From Antechinus flavipes (taxonomy: Eukaryota): a DNA stretch of 64,000 nt. The translations under genes were made by a program, and so were the position numbers. Each line of letters starts with the position of its first letter. Position 1 is the stretch's first letter. Below are positions 1 through 12,019 of the stretch, in pieces. The notes under the pieces were generated by a model, which worked only from the letters and a program-made list of their open reading frames with translations, had not been told where the DNA came from and searched no databases. The stretch is taken from contig NC_067398.1 of the NCBI RefSeq assembly GCF_016432865.1, positions 1,364,001 through 1,428,000 on the forward strand, read 5' to 3'.

Positions 1-2034
1 AGACCGCCACTTGATGGTGACTCTCTGTCAGGGTCCTGGGATACCTCCCTGGGGGGGAGAACCTACACGGCCCCCTCTCACCTGAGCCACTGATGAGGTC
101 ACACACCATGGAGGGGGCAGCGTATGCCCGTGAGCAGCCTCTCCTGAGGATACCTGTAGGTCATAAATGGTTGTGACCGTTGTTCCCGGGGTCGGCCCAT
201 TTACTAAAAAATGCCCCAAAAGGCCGGGTCCCCGTAGACACTGGCCAGCTGTGAGATCCTGGAAGGACCACTTTACCTTTACCTCAGTTTCTCCTCTGCA
301 AAATGCAGCTCATTAAAATGAGATCACACTGGCAAGCTAAAGGGCCCGCCAGTAGCGGCCGTTCTTACCAGAGGCCCCGAACACACAAAATGAGACTTAA
401 TGAGAAGCTGTCCTTGAGGTGATGCTGAGACTCCAAATGAACTTCGCAGACCCCTGACCAGTTTGAGCTGGATCTAGTCCTACACATATCTAATTAAACT
501 ATTTATCATGCCCGTCAAAACACTGACTGATCCTCGTACAGGCGATAGAACAGTAACCTGCAGGCACAAGGGAGAGAAAGATCCCATCCTGTAAGCGACA
601 AAATTAATGCTGAGCAGGGGGACGGGGGGTTTGTGATCCTGCAAAGCTCCTCCTCCTGCAGGTTATTGTTATTCTCGCTGTAGATCCCATGTTCGGTGCT
701 CAAATGGCAAATATGGCAGAGACTTGGACCTCTCGCTGATGTTCCATCTCTGCGGTGACGCGGCGTGGGCATGCAGGAAGCTGGAGGGACGTGCCCCTGA
801 CCCCCTGCCCCTCCCGCTTCTGCTCGGCGGCCTTGGTCCCCACTACCTCACTTGAGCAGGGAAACCCTTTTGTCTCCCTCTCCGACTCTCTGGACCCTAA
901 TCTCCCTCTGCCGGCGTTCAGCCATCACCTCTTCACATAAACAGCACTTCTCCCTAAGCCAGAGTCGGGCTCGTGAGACTGGCCATCGCCATTCCAGGCC
1001 GCCCAGCCAGTGACCCGGCCGCCGGCCAGAGGAAGCGAGCCCAGGGTGCAGTAGCCGGTCCTGGCAGTCACAGGCCTGGGAGCTGTCCAGGGTCCTGGGG
1101 CTCCTTGCCCCACCCCCCCAACATCACCCTGACCAGATCAGAGGAGACCTGGAGCGCCCCTTCTGAGCACCGGGGGGCAGGTACCTCCCATCACGGCAGG
1201 AGGAGGAAGAAATGGTCCAGGCTCTTTCCATGGGGTGGAAGAAAACACTCTGGGGCGGGCTGTGCAGGGTCCTCAGGAGGGAGAGTGCGACCAGCGGCTC
1301 CTCCCCAAGAGCCCAGGCTGCCTCCCGCCCCCCATGCAGAGGGTGAGGCTGGCCCTGGTTAACCCCTGGGCATCCCTTGGGGATCAGGGCTGGGGCAGGC
1401 TGGGCCCTCCCGGTCATGGCTCTGGGGACTGGGGGGAATGGGGCGGGGAGGACCCCAGGACGTGGCTCTCAGCTGCCCAGGCCCAGTCTGACCCTGGAGA
1501 TGAGGCGGGATCTCACGGGCCCCCATCGGGCTCTGCCCTAAATGCTGCCTGAAACTGCGTGCCTAAAAGCAAAGGCAGCTTGGGCTCTTGGTCCTGCCCC
1601 CTGCCCCTCCCGGTGTGGAGAAAGTGTCTCTGTGTGCATGGAGGAGGCTGATGCAGGAAGAGGGGCTTGTGGGGGGCGGCTTGGCTGGAGGTTCAGGGTC
1701 GCCTCCGGGAGGGGCCCAAAGTAAAAAGCCCCCCAACTGGGCTCCAGGTCCAGCCCCCCACCCTCGGGGCCACCCACTGCCCATGCGAGTCTCTGGGCCC
1801 AAGGAGGCTTGTTTATACAGAGCTGCTGGTGGGCTCGCTCCCTCACCAGATTGGGGGGGCTTGAGGGTGGGTCTATCCCCCTTCTTTGTATCCCCAGCAC
1901 TTAGCCCAGCACCGGCCTCAACAGGTGCTTACACACTGGAGTCCTGGAGTTTTCCATTGTATTTCTGAGCAGTGGGCGCTTTCCTGCAGCCCCTCTGCGA
2001 TGGATCACCTCTCCCAAACCTGTCTCCTACCAGG

Positions 2035-3600
2035 ATTTCTTTCTCTGGTCTCTATCCCCTTTCTCTCTGTCTCTGTCTCCCTCCCTCCCTCCCTTCCTCT
2101 TTTCCCCCCTCTCTCTCNNNNNNNNNNNNNNNNNNNNNNNNNNNNNNNNNNNNNNNNNNNNNNNNNNNNNNNNNNNNNNNNNNNNNNNNNNNNNNNNNNN
2201 NNNNNNNNNNNNNNNNNNNNNNNNNNNNNNNNNNNNNNNNNNNNNNNNNNNNNNNNNNNNNNNNNNNNNNNNNNNNNNNNNNNNNNNNNNNNNNNNNNNN
2301 NNNNNNNNNNNNNNNNNNNNNNNNNNNNNNNNNNNNNNNNNNNNNNNNNNNNNNNNNNNNNNNNNNNNNNNNNNNNNNNNNNNNNNNNNNNNNNNNNNNN
2401 NNNNNNNNNNNNNNNNNNNNNNNNNNNNCTGTCTCTCTCCCTCCCTTTGTCCCCCCTCTNNNNNNNNNNNNNNNNNNNNNNNNNNNNNNNNNNNNNNNNN
2501 NNNNNNNNNNNNNNNNNNNNNNNNNNNNNNNNNNNNNNNNNNNNNNNNNNNNNNNNNNNNNNNNNNNNNNNNNNNNNNNNNNNNNNNNNNNNNNNNNNNN
2601 NNNNNNNNNNNNNNNNNNNNNNNNNNNNNNNNNNNNNNNNNNNNNNNNNNNNNNNNNNNNNNNNNNNNNNNNNNNNNNNNNNNNNNNNNNNNNNNNNNNN
2701 NNNNNNNNNNNNNNNNNNNNNNNNNNNNNNNNNNNNNNNNNNTCTCCCCCCCNNNNNNNNNNNNNNNNNNNNNNNNNNNNNNNNNNNNNNNNNNNNNNNN
2801 NNNNNNNNNNNNNNNNNNNNNNNNNNNNNNNNNNNNNNNNNNNNNNNNNNNNNNNNNNNNNNNNNNNNNNNNNNNNNNNNNNNNNNNNNNCCCCTCTCTG
2901 TCTCTCCCCCCCTCTTTGTCTCTCCCCCCTCTCTGTCTCTCCCCCCCTCTTTGTCTCTCCCCCCTCTCTGTCTCTCTCTCCCCTCTCTCTCTCCCCCCTC
3001 TCTGTCTCTCTCTCNNNNNNNNNNNNNNNNNNNNNNNNNNNNNNNNNNNNNNNNNNNNNNNNNNNNNNNNNNNNNNNNNNNNNNNNNNNNNNNNNNNNNN
3101 NNNNNNNNNNNNNNNNNNNNNNNNNNNNNNNNNNNNNNNNNNNNNNNNNNNNNNNNNNNNNNNNNNNNNNNNNNNNNNNNNNNNNNNNNNNNNNNNNNNN
3201 NNNNNNNNNNNNNNNNNNNNNNNNNNNNNNNNNNNNNNNNNNNNNNNNNNNNNNNNNNNNNNNNCTCTGTCTCTCCCCCCCNNNNNNNNNNNNNNNNNNN
3301 NNNNNNNNNNNNNNNNNNNNNNNNNNNNNNNNNNNNNNNNNNNNNNNNNNNNNNNNNNNNNNNNNNNNNNNNNNNNNNNNNNNNNNNNNNNNNNNNNNNN
3401 NNNNNNNNNNNNNNNNNNNNNNNNNNNNNNNNNNNNNNNNNNNNNNNNNNNNNNNNNNNTCTCTCCCTCCCTTGTCCCCCCTCTCCCCCCTCTCTTCCCC
3501 CTCTCTGTCTCTCTCTCCTCTCTCTCTCTCCTCCCTCTCTGTCTCCCTCCCTCCTTACTTCCAGCTTTGATCTCGGTCTGTCTCGGTCTCTCCTTCCTCC
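2035..3600. repeat. Long polypyrimidine (CT-rich) low-complexity tract interrupted by five N-runs
   Basis: All visible sequence is ctctct/cccct/ctgtct. N-runs begin at 2118, 2460, 2753, 3015 and 3282. Confidence 0.9.
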
Positions 3601-5000
3601 CCTTTCTCCGCCCTCTGTTTCTGGCTCCTTCGGGTCCTTCTCCCCTTGCTGCCCAGGCCGGTGGCCTCCTGCCTCCGGGTTCTCGGTGCCCATCCCTGAG
3701 GGGCCCCGTCCCAGGCCCGGCATCGCGGGGATTTAATGACGGGAATGAAACACGAGGAGACGCGTCTTTTTCTCCTTCCTTGCCGCAGTTCCGCTTCGGT
3801 TTGTATTTTCCTTCTAATTGGAATTAATTTCCCTCGCTGTTGCATTTCACACGGCACCTGGACGGGTTATTATTCCGAAGAGGCAATTATAAAATTAGGA
3901 GGCTAACCAGGACGCGGTTTTCCTTAATTGCAGGTGGCAACGGCGCCTGTGAAGTAGGAAATGCTCCCGACACAAGCGGGAGTTTCCCAGCAGCCCCAGC
4001 CGCCGCCCCGGGTCAGGGACGTCAGGAACGCTGCGGACCGGCCGGGCCTCGGGGGCTCACCAGCCGCCCGGACAAAGTCAGCGCTGGGACGCCCCAGACT
4101 CTGGGGCTTTGTGGGCCGGGTGAGGTCCTTCCCTTTCTCTGGTCCAGCAGGGCCACGTAGGCGGGTCTCGGGGGGCCGGGGTTCTCGGCTATTCTGAGCC
4201 TGGCCCTGGCTGGTCCCAGGCGCACTCGCCCGTTCCTGGGACGCGGGTCCCGCGGTGAGCCCCCGCAGGAGGGGGCGGCCCCCCTTTTCCTCCTGTCCCC
4301 CTCAGAGGGCTCCAGACTCTGCCCTTCCACTCATGGAGTGTTAATTAATCACCCACCACCTGTAAGTCCCTGGTCTGGTGAACCAGAGACCAGGAAGCTC
4401 CCGCTCTGCTGGAGCAAAACTTGCACAGGCCAATAAAGGGATCTGGGGGCTCCCGCCCCCGGGGAAGAGGGAAGATGGGGATTCTGGGAAAGGAGGAGAG
4501 GAGGGCTCGGGGGAGGGGGTGGTCCCCGGGGTCGGAGAGCGGCCCTCTGCCGGACAGCCGCAGTCTCGCCTGGGTCACCAGGACCCCCGAAAGGAGGCAG
4601 CGCGCCATCCCGGCCCCCAGGCCTCTGCGGCCCGGCGGGAGCCAGCACGGCCTCCCTCGCAGCGCAAACACGGGGAGGTTACGGCGACGGCCCTGGCTCG
4701 CCCGTGTTCTCCGCTCTCCAGGCCCGGGATTGATTTTCCAGTTACCCGGAGCTTAGCTGGCCTTTAATGGCCTTTTCCGCCATAACTGGCGCGCTGTGTT
4801 CTGCTCATCTCCATCTTTGCCCGACGAGCCGGGGCGGCTCCCGCCTCGGAACGGGTCGTGTCCTGTCGGTCGCAGATGACCATTTGATTTGGGGGGTTTT
4901 CCCGCTGGCGGCCCCACCCCTGGGCCTGTGGGACATCTCAGCCCGGAGCCCACTACTCTAAAACCTGACATGTCCGAAGGCACGTGTGCGTCCGTCCTGC
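3600..5000. promoter_or_regulatory. Orphan CpG-island-like / enhancer-like region
   Basis: Dense CpG with embedded AT-rich TAAT/ATTA clusters (about 3810-3940, 4338-4350, 4735-4790). I recognised no coding exon or repeat here. Confidence 0.45.
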
Positions 5001-5560
5001 AGCCCCCCCGTCCCTCCCTTCCCCATCCAACATGTGGCAAGCCTGGCTGCTCTTCCCTCTGCAGCATTATCCCCCCCCACCGGACCCTGCCCCCAGACCC
5101 TGCCCCCTTCCAGGCCTTCAGAAAGCCTTGGTGACCGTGATCCGCCTTTTTGGCCCTCAGAATGTAAGTGGTCTCCCATGACCCTTGACCCCAAACCATA
5201 TGAACGTGTTTCCCAAGTTTTTCTACCATTCTCCCCCGTGCTCCCTCCTGGACTTTGCCCGGAGCGTCCAGGGGGGCCGAGACCTCTGCCCGGGCGGCCA
5301 GTCTGGGCCCACCCTGGTGGGAGGAGGGAGCGTCAGCCTCAGGTCATAGGTCCCTCCTATCCAAAGAAGCTGTGACTGGCTGCCCGGGGCTTCTGTCTTT
5401 GCTGGGGGAGCCGGCTCAGGTCCCCGGGAGCAGGGGTCACCTGGAAATGCCCGAATCCAAAGTCCAGTGAGCACAGGGTGGAACCTTGCTAATGAATACA
5501 ACTTTTATGGCCCCCCCCAATCATCTGGCCTAGAACCACCCTGAGAAGTGTGTGATATTC

Positions 5561-5892
5561 TGATCCCCACTTTATGGGGTCCCCCGGCCAGTAAGGGTCT
5601 GGGCCCAATGACCCCCACTTTATGGGGTCCCCCGGACAGTAAGGGTCTGGGCCCAATGATCCCCACTTTATGGGGTCCCCCGGCCAGTAAGGGTCTGGGC
5701 CCAATGACCCCCACTTTACGGGGTCCCCCGGACAGTAAGGGTCTGGGCCCAATGATCCCCACTTTATGGGGTCCCCCGGCCAGTAAGGGTCTGGGCCCAA
5801 TGATCCCCACTTTATGGGGTCCCCCGGACAGTAAGGGTCTGGGCCCAATGACCCCCACTTTACGGGGTCCCCTGGACAGTAAGGGTCTGGGG
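5561..5892. repeat. 48-bp minisatellite, about 7 copies
   Basis: Unit TGA(T/C)CCCCACTTTA(T/C)GGGGTCCCCCGG(C/A)CAGTAAGGGTCTGGGCCCAA starts at 5561, 5609, 5657, 5705, 5753, 5801 and 5849. Confidence 0.95.
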
Positions 5893-6796
5893 CCTCTTGA
5901 TACCTCTCATTGGAAGGATGGCAATGGGGCTTGCTGCGGGGGCTCTGTTCTGATGCCATCCATGCCTTAGCCCTGCCCCCCCTCTCGGGGGGCACTTGCC
6001 CCGAGCACCGTGCCAGGAAGGCCCTCGGCACCCTGGGAAAGGGTCCTTCCGCACGCTGTCCCCCTGTGAGAGGCCGCTCTGTCCCTGGGCCCACCCTCAG
6101 CCCTTGCTCCAGCTCGGTGCTCCCTCTCTCCCTCTCTGGAAGCCCCAGGTCAGCGGGACATTTCAGGGCTCTGCTGGTCGGCCTGTGACCCTGCCCTGCC
6201 AGGAAGATCTGCCCCCGATGGGTTCTTCCTCCCTCCCCCAGAAGACAGTGGATGCCGGGTCCCAGCGCCGGTGGGAATGGATCCCGCCCTCGGAACTTGC
6301 TCCTGGCGCCGGGCCCTGGTCCTCCAGGGTCAGCTGCTGCCCCCTAGGGTGGCTGCTCTTCCCCGGCACGCCTTCTTCCCTGGGGTCCCTAGGGAAGCCG
6401 CCACAGCAAAGGCGCCGAGTCCGGTCTCCTGCAGAGCCCCCGGAGACCCCGGCTGGAGACCCCCGCAACCCAGACTTGAATTTGCTGGGGGCGGAACCCG
6501 CCTGCCCACTTCTCCCACTCCCCACACTCACTATAACAAACTGCCGGGCGCCAGGTGTGGGGTGCAGGTGGCCGGGGGTCCCTGGAGGGCGAGCCCTCGT
6601 GTGAATGAGTGCTCCCCCAGCCGGACACTGCCTGCAACGCAGTCCAGGAAGGCCCTTGGCAGTGGAAAGGGTATCTGTGGGCTTCCTGGAGGAGGGGTCT
6701 TCAGCTGGTCCTTGGGGGGGGGGGGGAGCTGGTGGTGTTGAAGTAGGAATGGTCAGGGATCTTCCAGGGTCAGTGAGAAGGCCACAGACCTAGCCT

Positions 6797-7040
6797 GGGG
6801 GGGAGGGTGTGTGTCCTGCAGGCTGCTGTGGGTCTGGGGGGCAGAGCCGTCCTTGGGGGAGGGGGGGAGGCTGCTGTCGGTCTGGGGGCAGGGCCGTCCT
6901 TGGGGGAAGGGGGGAGGCTGCTGTCGGGCTGGGGGCAGGGCCGTCCTTGGGGGAGGGTGGGGAGAGTGTGTGTCCTGCAGGCTGCTGTCCACTTTCCTTA
7001 GTTCCGCCTCGGTCCGGTGGCAGGGCCGTCCTTGGGGGGC
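6797..7040. repeat. G-rich 47-48-bp minisatellite, about 4-5 imperfect copies
   Basis: Unit GGCTGCTGTCGGTCTGGGGGCAGGGCCGTCCTTGGGGGA(A/G)GGGGGGA recurs at about 6821, 6869, 6916 and 6980. Confidence 0.85.
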
Positions 7041-8029
7041 GCAGGATTCCCTACTTGTTGGGAGCGGGGAGCCTGCTTCCAGAAGGGCAGGACAGGGCCC
7101 TTTCCCAGCCCCCTTACTTGGAGGACGGGGATGGCTCGGCTGGGGGGAAGAAGCACCTTCAGAGCATCGCCACTTTTCTCCTCTGACCACACGGTGGCCA
7201 GTGTGGCTCGTGTCTTCATGTGTTCTTTTTAAAAATGAAAAAGAAAAGACTTATTTTAAAAAATCTGTACAAGGATTGGTTCTCCCTCCTGCTGCCTCAG
7301 TAAAAGCCAGTATTTATTTGGCACCTACTATATACCAGGTGCAGTGCTAAGCACTTCATAATTGTCTGGCTTGGCAAAAACCTCGGGAGGGAGCTACCAT
7401 TATTATCCTCCCTGTTATGGTCCCAGAGCCAGGAAGGGCGGGAGGCCGGCTTCAAACTCCCTCTCCCTGTCCCGGGGCCGGTGCCCTGTGCTCTGGGGCG
7501 CCTCAGTTAGCACAGAGAATGAGGGTTCCTTCCTTCTTCCTTTGGGGTGCAGAGCGGCCGTGGCCGGGGAGCAGGCTGACAGATCGGTGACTTGGGGCAG
7601 GGCTCTGGAGGGCTTTCCAATGAGCAGCTCAGCCACGGGGCCGTGGGCTTCTTTCCCCATCCTCCGGCCCATATTTGCCATTTTCCTCTTTCAACGTCTT
7701 TGTTGCTCTGCCGGGCAGGAAGCTAATTGGAATCCATTTTCTTTTAGTTTGCATTTGTTTAATTATCAGTGACTTGGATTTTCCCCTATTATTGTTGATG
7801 GCTCGGATGTTTTTTTTCTTTGTTCACATCCTTTGCCCATTTAATCTACTGGATAATGTCTTGTGATCTAGATTCTATTCTTCTTTTGTTAATCTTAAGT
7901 GATTGAGCATGAAAAATGGATTGAACCAGGCTACAAATTTGTGAGCTTGAAAAGCTTGCTAGGCCCTGTGGTTGGAGCACCCGGTGAAGTCGGTCGGTGA
8001 TCCTTCCCTCTGATTAGAGAGAGCAGAGG

Positions 8030-8392
8030 CACTGATTGAGATCCCCCACCTTAGAAGGACAGTGAGTGACTGAGATCCCCATCTTAGAAGAGCACTGACT
8101 GAGATTCCCCATTTTAGGAGTGCACTAAGTGACTGAGATAGCCCACTTTAGATGGGCACTGAATGACTGAGATCCCCCATTTTAGGAGTGCACTAAGTGA
8201 CTGAGATAGCCCACTTTAGAAGGGCACTGAATGACTGAGATCCCCCATTTTAGGAATGCACTGGTGACTGAGATAGCCCACTTTAGATGGGCACTGAATG
8301 ACTGAGATCCCCCATTTTAGGAATGCACTAAGTGACTGAGATAGCCCACTTTAGATGGGCACTGAATGATTGAGATTCCCCACCTTAGATGT
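8030..8392. repeat. 34-bp minisatellite arranged as a 68-bp A/B dimer
   Basis: A = GACTGAGATCCCCCATTTTAGGAGTGCACTAAGT and B = GACTGAGATAGCCCACTTTAGATGGGCACTGAAT alternate about four times, with degenerate monomers at both edges. Confidence 0.92.
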
Positions 8393-8549
8393 AAAGAAAT
8401 AGTTCATGTGGTATCTGTGCCACACCTAGAAGGGAACTTGGCAAGGAGTTTGAATCCAGCCTCCCCAGGTGCCAAGGTAATAGAGGAGGAGCCCTTCCTG
8501 GTTTCAAAAGTTTCATATTTTGGTTCTTGCTGTATTTTTTATGAGTAAA

Positions 8550-8766
8550 CTTGTGGCTCAGTCCTTTTCAATTGCATCAGACTCTTCATGACCTCATTTA
8601 GGGTCTTCTTTGCAGAGCTGGCTGTTTCCTTCTCCAATTCATTTTACAGATGAGGAAACTGAGGCAGACAGGGTAAAGTGACTTGGCCAGGAGCACACTG
8701 CCTGAAGCAGATGAGTCATTCTTTACTCCAGAATGGGCAAGCACTCATGGCACCACCTAGCTGCCC
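8550..8766 (-). mobile_element. MAR1-like CORE-SINE
   Basis: Contains the core CATTTTACAGATGAGGAAACTGAGGC and ends in CCACCTAGCTGCCC, the reverse complement of the tRNA-derived head. Confidence 0.8.
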
Positions 8767-11700
8767 TTTCTTAGCAAACAGCCATTAGTAAAAGCTAATT
8801 ACCGTGAATTGTCTAATAGATTTTGTGGAGGGCTCAGCTGCTATCGGGGTAGTAGGGATGCTGTAGGGAACACTCCTGACGGGGCTGGAAAGCGCGGGAA
8901 TCGGAAGCTCCTGAGGATGGAGTCTGCGGAGGGAGTGGGGGCCCAGAGCGATGTAGCCCCACGGAGGCCGAGCTCCCGGCCACCCCGTGATGACCGAGCG
9001 CGCCAGTTCTTTGGTCAGTCGGGGGGACAGAGGCTCCCCTGGAAGACAGCCCTGGCTTGGGGGCCAGGAAGGGCCAGAGGGCCGACAGTGTGTGGAGAAG
9101 CAAGGTGACGTGGAGGGGAACATCAGCGGGCCAAAGGCGCCTTCCCTTTGGGCACCCGGCCGGAGTATTCCACTTCATTAGTGAGCTTCCGACTGGCTGA
9201 TGGGCAGAGCCCTCCGATTACCTGGGAGATGCCGAATTGGGCAGCTCGGCCGGGATGGAGAAGCGTTGGGGGAGCAGCGAGGGCCCGGACAAGAACTGTT
9301 CTCTTGGCGCGTGGTGGCGAGCGCCCAGCTCAGCTCTGATGAGAATCCCGTCAGGAATACCGGCCAATTAGTACTTAATGGGGAAGAGAAGGGTGCTTCC
9401 GAGCCGTGCCTTCCCCTTCCCCGCCGGGCTCAGGCCCTGGGGCTGGAGCTAGCGGCTGCCCGCTGCTCCGGCCCCTGATGGAGCCCCCGCTCCTGCTCCT
9501 CCCACTCTTGAGGGCTCCCCCCGGAGTGTCATGCCCAGGGATGCCCCCCTGGACTGTGGTCCCTCGGTGCCCATCTGGGGCGTTCCTACTGCAGGGGAGG
9601 AAAGCCGAGGACCCGCAGAAGCTGGGGGTGGCCTTTCCCTTCCGGTAGTACAAGTCTCCAGGTGGAGGACAGGCAGGTGGTCAGTGAACCCTGGGGCCCT
9701 CAGGACAGCAGGATCTTTCTCTCATGCTGGCTCCTCAGAGAGCTCACCGTTGACAAGTTCGCAGGACTTTTTTTTTCCCCACAAGAAGGGTGCCTGTGGC
9801 AACGCTTGGGATTAGGGTGTGAGAATTTGGGCTGAGCGGGGGTTTTCTTTTAGAGGCAGTAACAAGGGATGTTGAGCCTTGTAGAAGCTGGGAAAAGAGC
9901 ACTGTCCGCCATGAAAAAGAAGGGTCTGCTGGTTCCATTGGCACCCACGGGCAGAACTCGGAGCAGTGACAGAAAGGGGCAAAGAAGCGTCTGTGGACTG
10001 ATGTCAGAAAACCTCCTCGTAGCCAGAGCTGTCCTGGAGGACACCTGGTGTCACGGGAGCTGGGCACAGGCCGGGTGGCCACTTTCGGGAGGGTCGAAGG
10101 AGGGGTCCTTTTTCAGGCTTTGATTAGACTCGTTGACCTTTGAGATTCCTTCCGGCCATTCCACGATCACCCCAACTTCAGAAAAGAGTCTCTCAGAGGC
10201 AGAGCAGTCAGCACTCCCTGCCCGGCTTTATTCCTTCCCAGCAGGTAGCCCCCACTTCCCAGTCTCCTCGTGGAGCTGCATACACCCTCTGCCCAACTCC
10301 AGAGAACCCGGAGCATCCCACAGGACCCGCCCAGACAGGCTCCAATTCCAGGCACTTCTTTTCATGAGGATTCTCTGCATCTGGTTCATTCTGCTTCCAT
10401 CCAGCTCAAGACTGGGAACTTCTGATGTCTCAGGTGTAGACATTCAATTACTTCCTAGCAGACCAGACAAAGAATCAAATTGAAACCATAAAACATTTAA
10501 CTGGAACCAGGAAGCTGCAGCACAACCATTGCTGAACCTGGGTGAGCTCGTCCCCTGCCCACGTGAGCAATTTGGGAACAAAAGTCCTCCCTCAGCGAAA
10601 TTCACCTGCAGGCGCGCCCAACAAAATGAACCTCCAAGTGTTAAACTGCCTTTCATTAAGCCGGTTACGTCATCCTCTCGCTCGCGATTTTTGTCGTGCT
10701 TTATTGTGGGCCTTGGGTTCTGCCCTTGGCAAAGCCCACGGGGGAGCGCGCCCAATGGGCTACCAGACCTGCTCCCTTGCCCCACCGTCCCTGCACGTCT
10801 GCTGAGATGCTCCATCGCAGCCTGTTTTGCGGGGTCTCCTGGGATCCCGGAGACCACCAACACGGCCTCGGAGGCCTCTGCAAATGATCGCCGCCTCTAA
10901 AAGAAAACCCCAGCTCTCGTTCTTGCTGCTGGTCACCACATGCCGCGGACTCACAGCCCCTCTCTGTTCTGGTCACCCTCTGGTGGCTACTTTTATCAGT
11001 GGCCTTGCCCAAACATGGCAGTGAGATGGAGGGAGATGCGGTCTGGGCCAGGACAATGGACCAACGTCCTCGGACACATCGTCACCTCTCGATGAATACG
11101 CCTGCTCCTCATGATACCCTGATGATCCACCCAACAAACTGTTGCCTTGTCATGACTCCCCCAAAGATATCTCTGCAGAAGGGGCCTCCTCGTCTTAGCA
11201 GGAAATCTGGGACTCAGGAACTCAAGCTCTGGATTTATAGAGAACAGGTTCGTTCTCTTGTGTCCTTCCAGAAAGGCTGAGGTTCTATCTCTGACACACT
11301 CTGGCTGTATGACCCTGTGTCACCCCCCAATCTTCAGTGCTCTACGTCACTGTGAGACTGAGCAGCAGAGGAGGTGCCGACCCGTACCGGCAGAGGGAGT
11401 TCCCTGTACTAACCACAATCCTAGGTTCAGTCCCTGGCTCCCTTTTCTCCTGAGGCCATGTGATCAACAGGCTCTCCTGCTCATCTCTCGTGGATGAGAA
11501 TGTGAGAAACCATAATGGACCTTTACCCCTGAGTGGCTCCTAACAGGAGAGGCAAGCACGGGCTTTCTCCTTCCGGGGAGGTGAGCTCACTTTTATCCAT
11601 CTATGGGTGTCTCTCTTTCCTCTCTATCTAGCTAGCCCTTTGGGTTTGTCAGTCCTTGGGCTGTCCTCGTCAATCCCCGCCCCCCAACCCTGGCTCTTCA

Positions 11701-12019
11701 ATGTTTTCCACCCCCCCGCTTTGGGCACATCAATCAACTCGATGATCCTTGCCATGTCAGCTGGCTGCTCTGTGGCCCAGCCTCTCCATCCCAGAGATTA
11801 ACTGTCACCCCCTCCATTCCAGGCCACCACTACATGCCTTCAGTCTCCCAAGAGTTCAAGCTCCTTGAAGTTAGTCTTTCGTTATTTGTATTCCTAGTAC
11901 CTAACCCAATGCCGTGCACACAGCACATAACAAATATCCTTTTTAATTCTTCATTTGCTTTTCATTTCACTCCGTCACTTGCTCCCAAGAAGTAGATTTC
12001 AAATATTACCTTACTCTAG

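Noticed and set aside
1886-3736. ORFs of 300-616 aa running through N-runs (also at 19756, 41432, 50941 and 58879)
   Set aside because: Artefacts of translating Ns and CT/GA low-complexity sequence.
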